Source: an uncultured Candidatus Rokubacteria bacterium (GTDB taxonomy: Bacteria; Methylomirabilota; Methylomirabilia; Rokubacteriales; CSP1-6). Taken from it: a stretch of DNA of 64,000 nt. Positions 18,937 through 31,103 of this stretch are shown here, piece after piece. Made by a program: the position numbers and the translations under genes. The notes below the pieces were generated by a model. That model saw only the letters and a list, made by a program, of their open reading frames with translations. It ran no database searches and was not told where the DNA came from. The stretch spans positions 1 to 64,000 of the forward strand of contig CAVWWD010000005.1 of the NCBI GenBank assembly GCA_963758635.1, written 5' to 3'. Within the stretch, counting starts at the first letter, position 1; every line of letters starts with the position of its first letter.

Positions 18937-21465
18937 GGGCGGGCCCCGGCTCGACGACCACGGGCCTCCGGACGCCGAGGACGCGGCGCCGCACCAGGCG
19001 CTGCTCGACCTCGAAGCCCACGCTCTCGAGGTTCCGGCGCGACGCCGTACTGCTCTCGAGCGCGCCGCTGATCGCGCGCGTGGCGCCCGCCGCGCGCGCG
19101 GCGTCGATGCGATGGCGGAGACTCATGCGATGCAGACCGCGCCCGCGCGCGCGCTGGTCCGTGTGTGCGTCGTAGAGAACGGCCACGGGCGCGGCGGACC
19201 GGAAGACGGCGTCGACCTCGGTGATGTGCACGCTGTCCTTGCCGAGCTGGAGCCACGCGTAGTGCACGAGCACGCCGTCCTCGACCAGCGTCCAGCAGTG
19301 CTCACCGTCGGCGAGGCGGACGCGCGCGTCCGCGAGCAAGCGCTCGCGGGACATCCAGCGATCCGCGCCCTGGAAGCACTCGAAATCCTCGAGGGCATCC
19401 ACACGGAACAGGGGCCCGCGGTCCGGCCGTGGCGCCGCGGCGGGATCCAGGCCGTACACGACGTACGCCTCCGTCGACCAGAGCCAGAGGCACGCGGCAC
19501 GGCACGCGGCGCGCGCCATCCCCACGCCCGATCGGCGCCGGAGGGTGTCGGGCCGGTCGCCGGCGAGCGGCTCGGACCATCTGCGCTCACGCCCCAGCCG
19601 GCAGGTGTGGACCAGGCGCGAGACCTTTCGGTAGCCCACGGACTCCTTCTCACGCTGGGACGGGACATTATGCTCATCCACGGTGCAGAAAACGTGCCGC
19701 GCCCCGTGCCGTGCGGCCATGGCCACAAGCCCCCGTTCTCCAAGGCGGTCCAGCTCCTGGGCCCCGGGGCCGGGCTCCGTGTGGACGTCGTAGGTCACCG
19801 CGCTGGCCGAGGGAAGGCCGTAGCGGGGCCCTGATTCGGAGGGGTCCAGCAGGGCGGCGTCGGGGCGGAGCCAGCCGTGGACGGCGAGGGCGCCGTCGCG
19901 CACGATGGTCACGCAGTGCTCGCCCGCGGTCAGGCGCTCGATGGCCCGGCTCATCATCGCCTGGCGGGACAGCCCCGGACGCGACCCCGAGTAGCCGAGA
20001 AAGTCCTCGATTGCGTCCTCTCGGGCCTCGGCGGCACCTGGTCGGGCCTCGGCGGCACCTGGTCGGGCCGCCCTGGTCGGCCGGCGCCTGGTCGGGCCTC
20101 GGCCGCGCCGGGCCGGGCCTCGGCCGTGCCGGACCGAGCCGCCGGTGCGCTCGCGTCGAGGTCCAGCCGGTACACGAGCCTGGAGCGCCGGGACCAGAGC
20201 CACCCTCCGAGCGCGCGGGGGAGGGTCCGGAGGAGGCCGGCGACGCCGCCGGCGCGCTCGATCGCCTCGCGGGCGCGCTCGATGCGGGCCGCGCCCACCC
20301 CGAGCGCGAGGGCCGCCCGCTTGGCCAGCGCGGGCAGGCGATCGCGCACGTCGGCGCGACGCGCCGCGCGCGGCGACGGGTAGAGCATCAGGCCCTGGAC
20401 CGTCTCGTGGTCGCTCGCGACCTCCTCCTTGTAGGCGTCGCCGCCCGGCGTCTGGTCGAGCAGCTCGAACCCGCGCGCGGCGAGGCCGCCGACGACGAGG
20501 TCGCCGATCAGCTTGCCCGGCGAGGCCGCGAGCTGCCGGTAGTCGAAGGGGCTCATGCAGTAGATGGCGCGACGGCGGTCGACGAGCGTGAAGTTGAACG
20601 CCACCGGCATGGCGCCCGCCATCAGCGCGAACAGCAGGGTGGACTCGGGCGCGCGCTCGAGGAGGCGGCGGTGGAACTCGCCCTTGCGCGGATCCTCCGA
20701 GAACGGCGCCACGCCGTAGCGCGCGAGCTGCCGGACGTCGTAGGTCGCCTGGAGCCGCTCCATCAGCGACGGGCTGAGCGTGCCCGCGTCGAGCTGGACG
20801 AGCCGCACCTCGCCGAGCCGCTTGAGCCGGTTCATCTTGCGCTTGAAGTTCTTGCCCTGCGGGTCGAAGAACCGCGTGCTCTCCGGGGACTGCAGACGCA
20901 CCAGCGGGTTCTGCGTCTCGCGCACGCGCCCCACGATGCCTCGGGCGCGGAGGGCGGGATGCGCGATCCAGGAGAGGCTCGCGCCCGGGGCGAGCCACCG
21001 CCAGCGCCACGGGGCGGTGAAGAGCCCGGCCTCGGCGAGGCGAGCCACGCAGGCGGCCGGGAACTCGTCACCGAGCGCGGGGGCGGCGAGCCAGCCCGTG
21101 TACTCGCAATGCTCGGCTCCGGCGAAGTGGAGCCGCGCGCCGCCGCGACGGGGCAGCGCCAGCGGCATCACCCCCACCAGCGCCCCCTCGCGCGACCGGC
21201 CCAGCAGCAGGAGCGGCTCGTACGCCGGCTCGTAGACCTCGTACCAGGCAAGGACGAAGCCCGGCGACTGGTACACCGCGACGCGATCGGACTCGGCGAC
21301 CAGACGCTCCCACTCGCGCCGGGCCGCGCCGCCGACCGCGTCGAGGACGGCGGACCACCCCCTGACGACCTCGATCTCCCATCCCGCCGCCGGGTCCGCG
21401 GCGCGCGTGGGGATGGTAGGGGCGTCGCCTGCCACCGACGCCACCGGGCGGGCTGCTACCATCAT
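18929..21465 (-). CDS. Multidomain GNAT protein (CelD/BcsL-like domain plus further GNAT-like domains), frameshifted in a repeat linker
   Basis: YQSPGFVLAW, ASPGKL and GGDAYKE in the N-terminal part; DAHTDQRARGRGL and ASRRNLESVGF at the C-terminus. Confidence 0.72.
20021..20133 (-). repeat. 21-bp tandem repeat encoding (AEARPGA)n linker
   Basis: TCGGGCCTCGGCGGCACCTGG twice exactly, a 29-bp irregular unit, then two diverged units. Confidence 0.85.
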
Positions 21466-21478
21466 GTCGGGCGGACTC

Positions 21479-23317
<1,839 letters not shown>

Positions 23318-23337
23318 GTGTCGCTGTCCTCCCGATC

Positions 23338-23434
23338 AGGTTGCGAAGGAATGCAGATTTCGGTTTCGGCGAGCGGGCACACATCTCGATTCTGCGGACA
23401 CACGGCCTGCCGTCTCGCCACTCATTCAGGATCT
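23338..23434 (+). repeat. Dispersed 97-bp intergenic element, copy 2
   Basis: AGGTTGCGAAGGAATG...CACTCATTCAGGATCT; colinear with the reverse complement of 29980-30076. Confidence 0.8.
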
Positions 23435-23436
23435 CA

Positions 23437-24468
23437 TCAGGCCGCGGCGTCCGCGGCCAGTCGATACCAGGCGAGCTTGAGGGCGAACGTGGGCAGGTGC
23501 GTCTCCCAGGGGCCGCCGCGCCGGAGCTCCCACGGCGAGGTGGCGGGCGTGTTGACGCCGAAGCGCGTGGTCACCGCGCACGTGAAGCCGGCGCGGCGCA
23601 CGAGGTCCACCACCGAGGGCGTGTAGTCCGCGGGGCGGCCGTTCGGATAGGCGAAGGCGCGCGGGCGCGTGCCCGTGGCCGCCTCGATCGCCTCGCGCGC
23701 GCCCTCGATCTCCCGGCGCGCCTGCGCGTCGGACACCCGGGAGAGGATCGGATGCGTGACGGTGTGGGCTCCCACCGAGAAGCCGAGCCCGGCGAGGGCG
23801 TGGACGTCGTCCCACGAGAGCATGCGGCTCTTCATGCCCGGGTCGCCGGCCACGCCGAGGCCCTCGAGGAGGGTGTCCATCTCGCGCCGCCGCTCGTCGT
23901 CGGCGAGCGTCTTGAGCCGGCTCGTCGCCCGCTCGAGCAGGGCGAGGCGATCGGCCGGCGACCCGAGCCCCGCGCGCCCGCCGCCCGGCGCGTCCACCTC
24001 GGCGACGCGGCTCCGCTTGATCCCGAACGCGAGCCGGTCGAACCACGGCACCTCGCGCGAGCCGATGAAGCCGGTGGCGAGGAAGATCGTGGCGGGCAGG
24101 CGATGGCGGGCGAGGATGGGCGCGGCGTGCGTGAGGTTGTCCCGGTAGCCGTCGTCGAAGGTGATGGCGACGGCGTCGCGCGGCAGGTCGCCCCGCGCCA
24201 TCCGATCCGCCAGCTCCTCCACCGTGAGCACGCGGTGGGTGGCCGCGACGTACGCCATCTGGCGCTCGAACACCGCGGTGGACACCGCCGGGAAGAACGG
24301 ATCCCCGTCGTCGTTGACGCTGTGGTACGTGAGCACGGGGAAGGCGGGGACACGACGCCGCAGACCCCGTCCCGCGCCGAGCGTCACGTGCCCGGCCACC
24401 CTGGCCAGCGCCCGCGTCGCGCCGCAGCCGTGGAGCGCGCTGGCGAGCGCCTGCACCGCGCCGCTCAT
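23437..24468 (-). CDS. Polysaccharide deacetylase (CE4/NodB)
   Basis: LTYHSV, ITFDDGYRDN, GAHTVTHPIL, FAYPNG. Confidence 0.9.
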   Translation of the reverse strand: MSGAVQALASALHGCGATRALARVAGHVTLGAGRGLRRRVPAFPVLTYHSVNDDGDPFFPAVSTAVFERQMAYVAATHRVLTVEELADRMARGDLPRDAVAITFDDGYRDNLTHAAPILARHRLPATIFLATGFIGSREVPWFDRLAFGIKRSRVAEVDAPGGGRAGLGSPADRLALLERATSRLKTLADDERRREMDTLLEGLGVAGDPGMKSRMLSWDDVHALAGLGFSVGAHTVTHPILSRVSDAQARREIEGAREAIEAATGTRPRAFAYPNGRPADYTPSVVDLVRRAGFTCAVTTRFGVNTPATSPWELRRGGPWETHLPTFALKLAWYRLAADAAA

Positions 24469-26333
24469 GCCGCCCCCCTGCTCCCGGCGGCGTGCCGGCC
24501 GTGCCACAGCTCGAGCATGAGCAGGCGCCACACGATCCCGCCCCAGTACGCGGTGGGGTCGGCCTCGTGGAGATCCAGGATGCGGGCGAGGGCGCCGGGC
24601 CGGACGTAGTCGCGCGTCGCCGCCCCCGCGGCGCCGAGCGCGTCGCGCGAGAGCGCGCGGAAGCCGGGATGGCTCCGCAGCCAGTCGCTCATCGGCATCC
24701 CGAAGCCGTGCTTGGGCTTGGCGATGATCTCCGCGGGGAGGAGCGGACGGAACGCCTGCTTGAACAGGTAGCGCTTCTCGAGCCCGCGCACCTTGAAGTC
24801 GGCGGGCAGCGTGCCCGTGAACTCGGCGAGGCGATGGTCGAGCATCGGGAAGCGCACGTCGATGCCCGCGAGCTCGGTGGCGCGGGTGACCTTCAGGAGG
24901 TCGTTGTCGCCGATGACCGTCTTGATGTCGAGGTAGAGCCGGCGGTTCAGCTCGCTGGTCGCCGGCGCCGCGTCGAGGTGCTCGCCGACGAGCTGCCACG
25001 ACGCGCCGGGATCCACCGATGCTGCGAGCTCGGGGGCGAGGTACGCCTCGGGGTCCTGCGCGGCGAAGAACTGATACGCGGTGTAGCGCCGGGCCGCGGG
25101 CTGGCTCGCGCGGTCCGCGTAGCGCTGCGCCTTGCCGAGGATCGAGCCGCGACCGTCCGGGAGCGCGCTCAGGGCTGGCTCGATCACGCCCCGGCGGAGC
25201 CACGCCGGGACGCGGCGGTAGAGGTCGTGGATCCGGTCCTGACGGTAGTGCTCGTTGCCCCCGAAGATCTCGTCGCCCCCGTCGCCGGCGAGCAGGCGGT
25301 CGAGGCCGTGCTCGCGCGCGAGCCGAGCGCACACGTAGGTGGGGATGATCGAGTTGTTGCCGAACGGCTCGTCGAGCCCTTCCACCAGCGCGGGGACCGT
25401 GGCCAGCGCCTCGTCGGCGGCCATGATCGAGGTGACGTGGCGGCTGCCGAAGTGGCGCGCGGCGATCTCCGCGTAGCCCAGCTCGTCGTAGCGCGCCTCG
25501 CGGAAGCCGATCGAGAGCGCGGTCACGGGCTCCCCGGTCAGACGGGACATGAAGCCCAGCACCGTGCTGCTGTCGGTGCCGCCGGACAGGAAGGCGCCGG
25601 TGTCCTTGGTGGTCGCGTCGTGCAGGCACGCCGCCACCGAGCCCTCCACCAGCTCCCAGGTGCGGGTGGCCGCGGCGCCCGCGTCCATCCGCTCCTCCGG
25701 ATACGACAGGTCCCAGTACCGGCGGCGGCGGAGCGCGCCCAGCTCGAACACGGCGGCGTGTCCCGGAGGCAGCCGGCGCACGCCGGCGAAGATCGAGTGC
25801 GGCGCGGGCACGTAGCCGAAGTTCAGGTAGTGGTACACGGCGGTGGCGTCGACCCGGCGCCCGCCCGTCATCCCCGTGAGCGCGCTCGCGCGGGAGGCGA
25901 AGGCCAGCCCCTCCGGGGTCTCGGCGTAGTAGAGGCGCCGCGCTCCGAACCGGTCCACGCCGACGACCAGCCGGCGCCGCCACGGGTCCCAGAGCGCGAA
26001 CGCGAAGCTCCCGGTGAGGTGCTCGGCCAGCGCCTCGCCGTGTCGCTCGTACAGTCGCGTGACGAGCGTCACGCGGTCGGTGATCTCGGCCCTCGGGGAG
26101 ACCGCCGCGCCGCGCGCGGTGGCGGGCTCGAGCGCGTCCACGTCGGCGGCCACGACCAGGCCCTCGCGGCTGCCGAGGGCCGCGCCCTCGCCCGCCGCGA
26201 AGAGGCTAGCCGGTCCCGAGTCGAGCCGGGTCACCACGCCCGCCCCCGGAACGGCGGCGGCCATGTCGCGGCACCGTTGCGGCCCCGCAGGAGGCGTCCC
26301 CTCGCGGAAGACGACACCGCCGAGGAGCTTCAT
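24465..26333 (-). CDS. Asparagine synthase-related protein lacking the Ntn Cys, copy 3
   Basis: Keeps DRFG, FLSGGTDSS, GDGGDEIFGG and KHGFGMP; N-terminus MKLLGG has no MCG/HRGPD. Confidence 0.85.
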   Translation of the reverse strand: MKLLGGVVFREGTPPAGPQRCRDMAAAVPGAGVVTRLDSGPASLFAAGEGAALGSREGLVVAADVDALEPATARGAAVSPRAEITDRVTLVTRLYERHGEALAEHLTGSFAFALWDPWRRRLVVGVDRFGARRLYYAETPEGLAFASRASALTGMTGGRRVDATAVYHYLNFGYVPAPHSIFAGVRRLPPGHAAVFELGALRRRRYWDLSYPEERMDAGAAATRTWELVEGSVAACLHDATTKDTGAFLSGGTDSSTVLGFMSRLTGEPVTALSIGFREARYDELGYAEIAARHFGSRHVTSIMAADEALATVPALVEGLDEPFGNNSIIPTYVCARLAREHGLDRLLAGDGGDEIFGGNEHYRQDRIHDLYRRVPAWLRRGVIEPALSALPDGRGSILGKAQRYADRASQPAARRYTAYQFFAAQDPEAYLAPELAASVDPGASWQLVGEHLDAAPATSELNRRLYLDIKTVIGDNDLLKVTRATELAGIDVRFPMLDHRLAEFTGTLPADFKVRGLEKRYLFKQAFRPLLPAEIIAKPKHGFGMPMSDWLRSHPGFRALSRDALGAAGAATRDYVRPGALARILDLHEADPTAYWGGIVWRLLMLELWHGRHAAGSRGAA

Positions 26334-27496
26334 CGGTCCACCGCCTCGGGACGGGCGGGCACGGCGGCGGCCTTCTTCCCCAGCGTGTCGGTGAGCCAGC
26401 GCTTGACCCGGCGCGCCGCCGGCACCACAACGTCGTCGAGGCCGTGGACGAGCCGAGCGTATGCGCTCCGACCGTACGCGCGCACGGTGACGGTCTCGTG
26501 AACCGCGCTCGCCCACCGGAGCTTGTAGTCGTTCAGGCCGGGCCCCATGTCGTACTCCTCAACGTCGCCCCGCTCGAACAGCGCGCGCACGATGGCCACG
26601 TTGAGCGCGCTGCCCGGAGAGAGGTCCCGGTACGACTCGTCGTAGGAGGCACGGAGCGCGTGCACGCGGCCGTCGGCCTGGAGCTGGTACTCCATGGCGA
26701 TGGGCCGGCCGTCGAGCCGGAGCAGCCAGAGGGCGAGCCAGCCGCGCTCGCCGGCCACCCGGGTGAGGGCGGCGAAGAACTCCGGCATGCGCGCCATCGT
26801 GGCCATCGACACGCCCTCGTCAGCGGTCCAGCTCCGCCGCGCCACCTCGAGCGCCTCGGCGAAGACGGGCCCCGCAGGATCGAGCCGGCGGTGCTCCTCG
26901 ATCGTCACGCGGCCCGCCCGCTCCAGGCGATTCTCCACGTTGCGGATCGTCTTCCGGAAGCGCTGGCTCCGGGAGCGGAAGAACGCCTCCCATGTTCCCT
27001 CGATGGTCAGGTACGGGGAGGACACGACGCCGACGCGGCGCCACGGCAGCCGATCGGTCAGGCACGCCTCGAGCGCCTTGAGCGTCGGCGAGGCGGCGGG
27101 CAGCCGCTGGAGCATCAGCGAGTGCCAGCGCCCGTCGCGGGTGAAGTGGTCGAGGAGCGCCTCCACCACGGGCTCCGGGTGCCCGGCGGTAATGATGTCG
27201 GCCATCGGCGTGTCGGGCGACTCCAGCATGGCGAGGCCGCGCACGGGCAGCCGCCGCACGTGGTGCGTCAGCTGCATCATCGGCACGATGGCGACCAGCG
27301 TCCCCGCGTCCTCGACGAGGACGACGACGGGCGGCCGGTCGGGCGGCAGCGCGCCCCAGCAGCAGCGGAACCAGTCGAATGACAGGAACGGCGTGGCGTG
27401 GCCGGAGCGCCGGAGCAGGTCGTTCCACGCGGGCTCGAGCGCGGCGAAGGCATCGGCGGTCTCGACGGTGCGGACGGTCAGGCGGTGCGCGCTCAC
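26330..27496 (-). CDS. GNAT N-acyltransferase (CelD/BcsL family)
   Basis: TPFLSFDW, SYDESYRDLSPG, YDMGPGLNDYKLRW. Confidence 0.85.
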   Translation of the reverse strand: MSAHRLTVRTVETADAFAALEPAWNDLLRRSGHATPFLSFDWFRCCWGALPPDRPPVVVLVEDAGTLVAIVPMMQLTHHVRRLPVRGLAMLESPDTPMADIITAGHPEPVVEALLDHFTRDGRWHSLMLQRLPAASPTLKALEACLTDRLPWRRVGVVSSPYLTIEGTWEAFFRSRSQRFRKTIRNVENRLERAGRVTIEEHRRLDPAGPVFAEALEVARRSWTADEGVSMATMARMPEFFAALTRVAGERGWLALWLLRLDGRPIAMEYQLQADGRVHALRASYDESYRDLSPGSALNVAIVRALFERGDVEEYDMGPGLNDYKLRWASAVHETVTVRAYGRSAYARLVHGLDDVVVPAARRVKRWLTDTLGKKAAAVPARPEAVDR

Positions 27497-28704
27497 GCCG
27501 GGCTCCGCCGCGCGGCAGGGTGGGCGGCCGCCACGTCCTCGATCATGTCGTGCAGGCGCGCGAGCGAGGCGCGCCACGAGTGATGGCCCTCGACGAACGC
27601 GCGCCCGCGCGCCCCGAGCGCGGCCCGGCCCACGGGATCGCGGAGCAGCTCGATCACGCGGCGGGCGAAGCCGGCGGGGCTGCCCTCCACGAGGAGCTCC
27701 TCGCCCGGCCGCGCGCCCAGGCCCTGCGTGGCCGCGGGCGTCGCCACCACGGGCAGGCCCATGGCCATGGCCTGGAGGACCTTGTTCTGGACGCCGCGAG
27801 CGAGCCGGAGCGGCGCCACGCAGATCGAGGATTCGCCATAGTACGGGCGCACGTCCGGCACCGAGCCGGTGACGGTGACGCCGGGCAGGCCGGCGAGGCG
27901 CCGCACCGCGGGGGCCGGGTTCAGGCCGACGATGAGGAACCGCGCCGCCGGCACCGCCGCCCGCACCTGCGGGTAGATCTCCTGGCAGAAGTGCTCGACC
28001 GCGTCCACGTTCGGGAAGTAGTCCATCGCGCCGGTGAAGATCATGGTCGGGTCGAGGCACGGGTGCGCGGCGGGCACGTACTCCTCGAGGTCCACGCCGT
28101 TGGCCACCACCGCCGTACGCGCCCACGGCGCGAACGACCGGAGGAGCGCCTCCTCGGCGGCGGTGGTGACGACGCACAGCCGGCTCCACTGCGCGATGCG
28201 CGCCTCGTAGCGGCGAAGCCGCCGCCCCTCGGAGCGGTACACCCACGCGAGCGGCCCGCGCATGCGGCTCGCGTACTGGGTCCACTTGTCGGAGTCCACG
28301 TCCACGAAGTCCATGACGACGGGCGTCTCCGTGAGCCCCTCGACGTACTGCGCGGTGGGCGAGGACGACAGGTAGATGAGGTCGTAGGCGCCGTCCCCGA
28401 GCCGCCGCGCCACCTGGCGCCGCAGGCGGGACGACCCGAAGTACGCCAGGCTGAGCGGCGCGGGCGTGGCGAGCGCGGCGAGGCTCTTGATCGAGGCCCA
28501 CGGCTTCCAGGTGAACGCGTACTCCAGGTCCCCGATCTCGCGGGCGAGGACGGGGAGCCCTTCGCGGTCGGCCGGGTCGTCGACGACGAAGCCCAGCGTG
28601 AGATCGTGCCGCTCGGCGAGGTAGCGGGCCACGCGATAGGCGCGCACCTTGTCGCCCGTATGGGGCGGGTAGGGGATGCGATGCGCGAGCATGAGGATGC
28701 GCAT
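27493..28704 (-). CDS. GT4 sugar transferase, PEP-CTERM/EpsH1-associated type
   Basis: AHRIPYPPHTGDKVR, DFVDVDSDKW, FTGAMDYFPNVDA, ARGVQNKVLQAMAMG. Confidence 0.88.
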   Translation of the reverse strand: MRILMLAHRIPYPPHTGDKVRAYRVARYLAERHDLTLGFVVDDPADREGLPVLAREIGDLEYAFTWKPWASIKSLAALATPAPLSLAYFGSSRLRRQVARRLGDGAYDLIYLSSSPTAQYVEGLTETPVVMDFVDVDSDKWTQYASRMRGPLAWVYRSEGRRLRRYEARIAQWSRLCVVTTAAEEALLRSFAPWARTAVVANGVDLEEYVPAAHPCLDPTMIFTGAMDYFPNVDAVEHFCQEIYPQVRAAVPAARFLIVGLNPAPAVRRLAGLPGVTVTGSVPDVRPYYGESSICVAPLRLARGVQNKVLQAMAMGLPVVATPAATQGLGARPGEELLVEGSPAGFARRVIELLRDPVGRAALGARGRAFVEGHHSWRASLARLHDMIEDVAAAHPAARRSPA

Positions 28705-28712
28705 GGCCGTCC

Positions 28713-29965
28713 TCAGGACACCGACGCCGCGGCGGCCAGTGGGTTCGCGGGGCGCGGCGCCGTCCGCGGCGCGGGGCTCGTCGCGCCAACCTCCGCGACC
28801 AACGCGGCGATGCGCTCGACAGCGGAGTCCCACGAGTACCGGCTCTCGAGGAGCGAGAGCGCGCTTGCCGCGATCGAGCCGCGCAGCTCGGGGTCGCGGA
28901 TCAGCTCGACCAGGCGGCGGCCGAGGCCGGCCTCCTCGTCCTCGACGAAGAGGTCGCGCCCGGGGCGGGCGCGAATGCCCTCGACGCCCGCGCTCGTCGT
29001 GACCACGGGCACGCCCGCCGCCATGGCGGCGAGGATCTCCGGCGAGGGGCCCCAGGGCGAGGCGTCGAGGACCAGCGCCACCGCGGCGCCGCGAAGCGCC
29101 GCGCGGACGGGATCATCCTCGCTCGCCGCCGACTCCGCCCCTGGCCCCTCGGGCCAGCGGCCCGACCCCGCGGGCACGAGCGAGGATGCGAGCACGAAGC
29201 GCGCGGCGGGCGTGCGCGCCTGCACGGAGACGGCGAGCGACGGCAGGCCCGCCGGGTCCGGCCCGTCCGGCCGCGCGCGGCCGGCGCGAACACGACCACG
29301 GTGGGCGCGGCGTGCGGGGTCGTCGCCGCCTCGAGCTCGGCGTCCGGCTCGACGCCGCTCTGGATCAGCCCGACCGACGCGGCATCGGTCATGGACAAGA
29401 GCGTACGCCCGGCCTGCGGGCTGGCCACGATCGAGCGCCGCGCGCGGCTCGCGGCCTTCGCCTCGGCCAGGCGCAGCCGCGCCGCCTCGGTGCGGTAGAA
29501 CGTCGCGCCCCGGTCCGAGCGCCGGCTCGCCTGGCGCAGCCACCACTGCGAGTCGATGTCGGCGAAGTCCACGACGAGGGGAATCGCGGGGTCGATGGCG
29601 AGCGCGTACTGGAGCATGCTCGACGCCGAGGCGAAGACCAGGTCGAAGCGGGTCGCGTTGACGCGATCGGCGAGCCGCGTGGACAGCGCGGGCGAGCGGA
29701 AGTACGCCAGCGTGCACGAGCCGCCGGTGGCGACGCTGAGCGTCGAGGTGAGGCAGCGCCAGCCGCGCGGCGCCACCGTGAACTCGAGGTCCGGGAACTC
29801 CGAGCGGAGCGCGGAGATGGCGCCGCTCGGATCCGGCTCGTCGGTCGTGAAGGCCAGCGTGAGGTGGTGCTCCCGCGCGAGGCGACGGGCGAACCGCAGC
29901 TCGCGGGAGGCGTCGCGCGAGCGGCGCGGAACGGGAAGCCATCGGCCGAGCATGAGGATGTTCAC
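28713..29965 (-). CDS. Diverged GT4 paralogue of the adjacent sugar transferase, frameshifted near 29280
   Basis: NILML, LAYFRS, DFADIDSQWW; C-terminal AAMAAGVPVVTTSAGVEG and YSW lie in a second frame. Confidence 0.7.
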
Positions 29966-29979
29966 GGGCGGCCGCTCAC

Positions 29980-30076
29980 GGCTCGTGAACGAATGGCGCG
30001 GTGGCCACGCGTATGTGCGCAGAACCGCCGTGTTGACCCGCACGGTGAAGTCGAGATCCGCATTCCTTCACAACCT
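29980..30076 (-). repeat. Dispersed 97-bp intergenic element, copy 3 (opposite orientation)
   Basis: Ends GGCTCGTGAACGAATG and CATTCCTTCACAACCT are imperfect inverted repeats. Confidence 0.8.
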
Positions 30077-30077
30077 C

Positions 30078-31100
30078 TCAGGGCAGATAGCGGGTCAGGA
30101 TGGGCCCGGCCAGCTTCGTGACGGCGAACGGCAGCCGCTTCCAGGTGTCGACGGCGAGGCGCATCTTCGGGTTGGACGGGCTCAGGTTGGGAAGCGTTTC
30201 CCCTGCGCGCAGCACGTACTGGTAGGGCAGCGGCTGGGGTTCGAATCCCCAATGGCGCTTGAAGTTGTAGGCCCCCGTGCCCTCGCGGCTGCGCCCGAAG
30301 TCGAAGACGCGGTAGCCGGCGCGCGCCACGTGGCACATGAGCTCCCAGTACATGAAGTCGTTGACCGCGTAGGGCAGCGCCTCGCGCCGGGCCCCGCCGT
30401 AGAAGGGCAGCACGCGGTCCTCGTGGAAGAGCGTGAGCACGCCCGCGACCATCGCGTCGTCCTTCCAGATCGAGAGCAGCTCGCAGTCCTTGCCGAACTC
30501 CTGCACGACCGCCGCGAACAGGGGCCGCGGGAAGACCGGAGAGCCGAGCATGTGGACGCTGTGCGCGTAGATCTCGTAGAACGCGTCGAGGTGCTGGGTG
30601 CCGAGCTCGGCGCGGAGGCCATGCTTGACGCCCTGCCGCGTCATCCGGCGCTGCTTGCGCGGGATGGCGTTCAGGTTCTCCTCGTCGGAGGCGGAGATGG
30701 GGCGCGAGAACGTCACGTAGAGGTGCTTGGTCGGAAGGTCGACCTCCTGGCCCTCCCGGTGGCGCAGCTCGACGTAGCGGGCGCCCACCCGTCGGGCGAG
30801 GTCGGAGGCGGCGTCGAGCAGGGCCTGGCGGGCCTCCGCGCTCGTCGCGCAGATCCCGCCGTACACCCCGTACGGGACCGACACCAGGGCGCGGCCCCCG
30901 AAGAGCCCGCGGAGCTCGAAGAGGGGGAGGACGCCCTCGAGGCCGTTGCCCCGGGTGGCCATCAGGTAGTGGGCCCGGTGGCCGAACGCCGTCTCCACCG
31001 CACGCTTCCACGCGACCAGGTGGAAGGGACTGCCGGTGGGGACGCTCCGCACGAAGGCGTCCCACTCCACGGTCTCCGTCGTCAAGGCGCGGATCTGCAT
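30078..31100 (-). CDS. FemAB-related protein, PEP-CTERM system-associated
   Basis: SPFHLVAW, LVSVPYGVYGG, RKQRRM, NDFMYWELM, FDFGRS, FKRHWG, NLSPSNPK. Confidence 0.9.
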   Translation of the reverse strand: MQIRALTTETVEWDAFVRSVPTGSPFHLVAWKRAVETAFGHRAHYLMATRGNGLEGVLPLFELRGLFGGRALVSVPYGVYGGICATSAEARQALLDAASDLARRVGARYVELRHREGQEVDLPTKHLYVTFSRPISASDEENLNAIPRKQRRMTRQGVKHGLRAELGTQHLDAFYEIYAHSVHMLGSPVFPRPLFAAVVQEFGKDCELLSIWKDDAMVAGVLTLFHEDRVLPFYGGARREALPYAVNDFMYWELMCHVARAGYRVFDFGRSREGTGAYNFKRHWGFEPQPLPYQYVLRAGETLPNLSPSNPKMRLAVDTWKRLPFAVTKLAGPILTRYLP

Positions 31101-31103
31101 GGC

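Noticed and set aside
23318..23436. glmS ribozyme upstream of glmS
   Set aside because: The gap is filled by the 97-bp repeat, which also occurs beside unrelated genes and in the opposite orientation; no ribozyme core was recognisable by eye.
24465..26333. Lasso peptide cluster suggested by the Cys-less AsnB homologue
   Set aside because: No precursor peptide, B1/RRE or B2 peptidase nearby; the context is polysaccharide biosynthesis.
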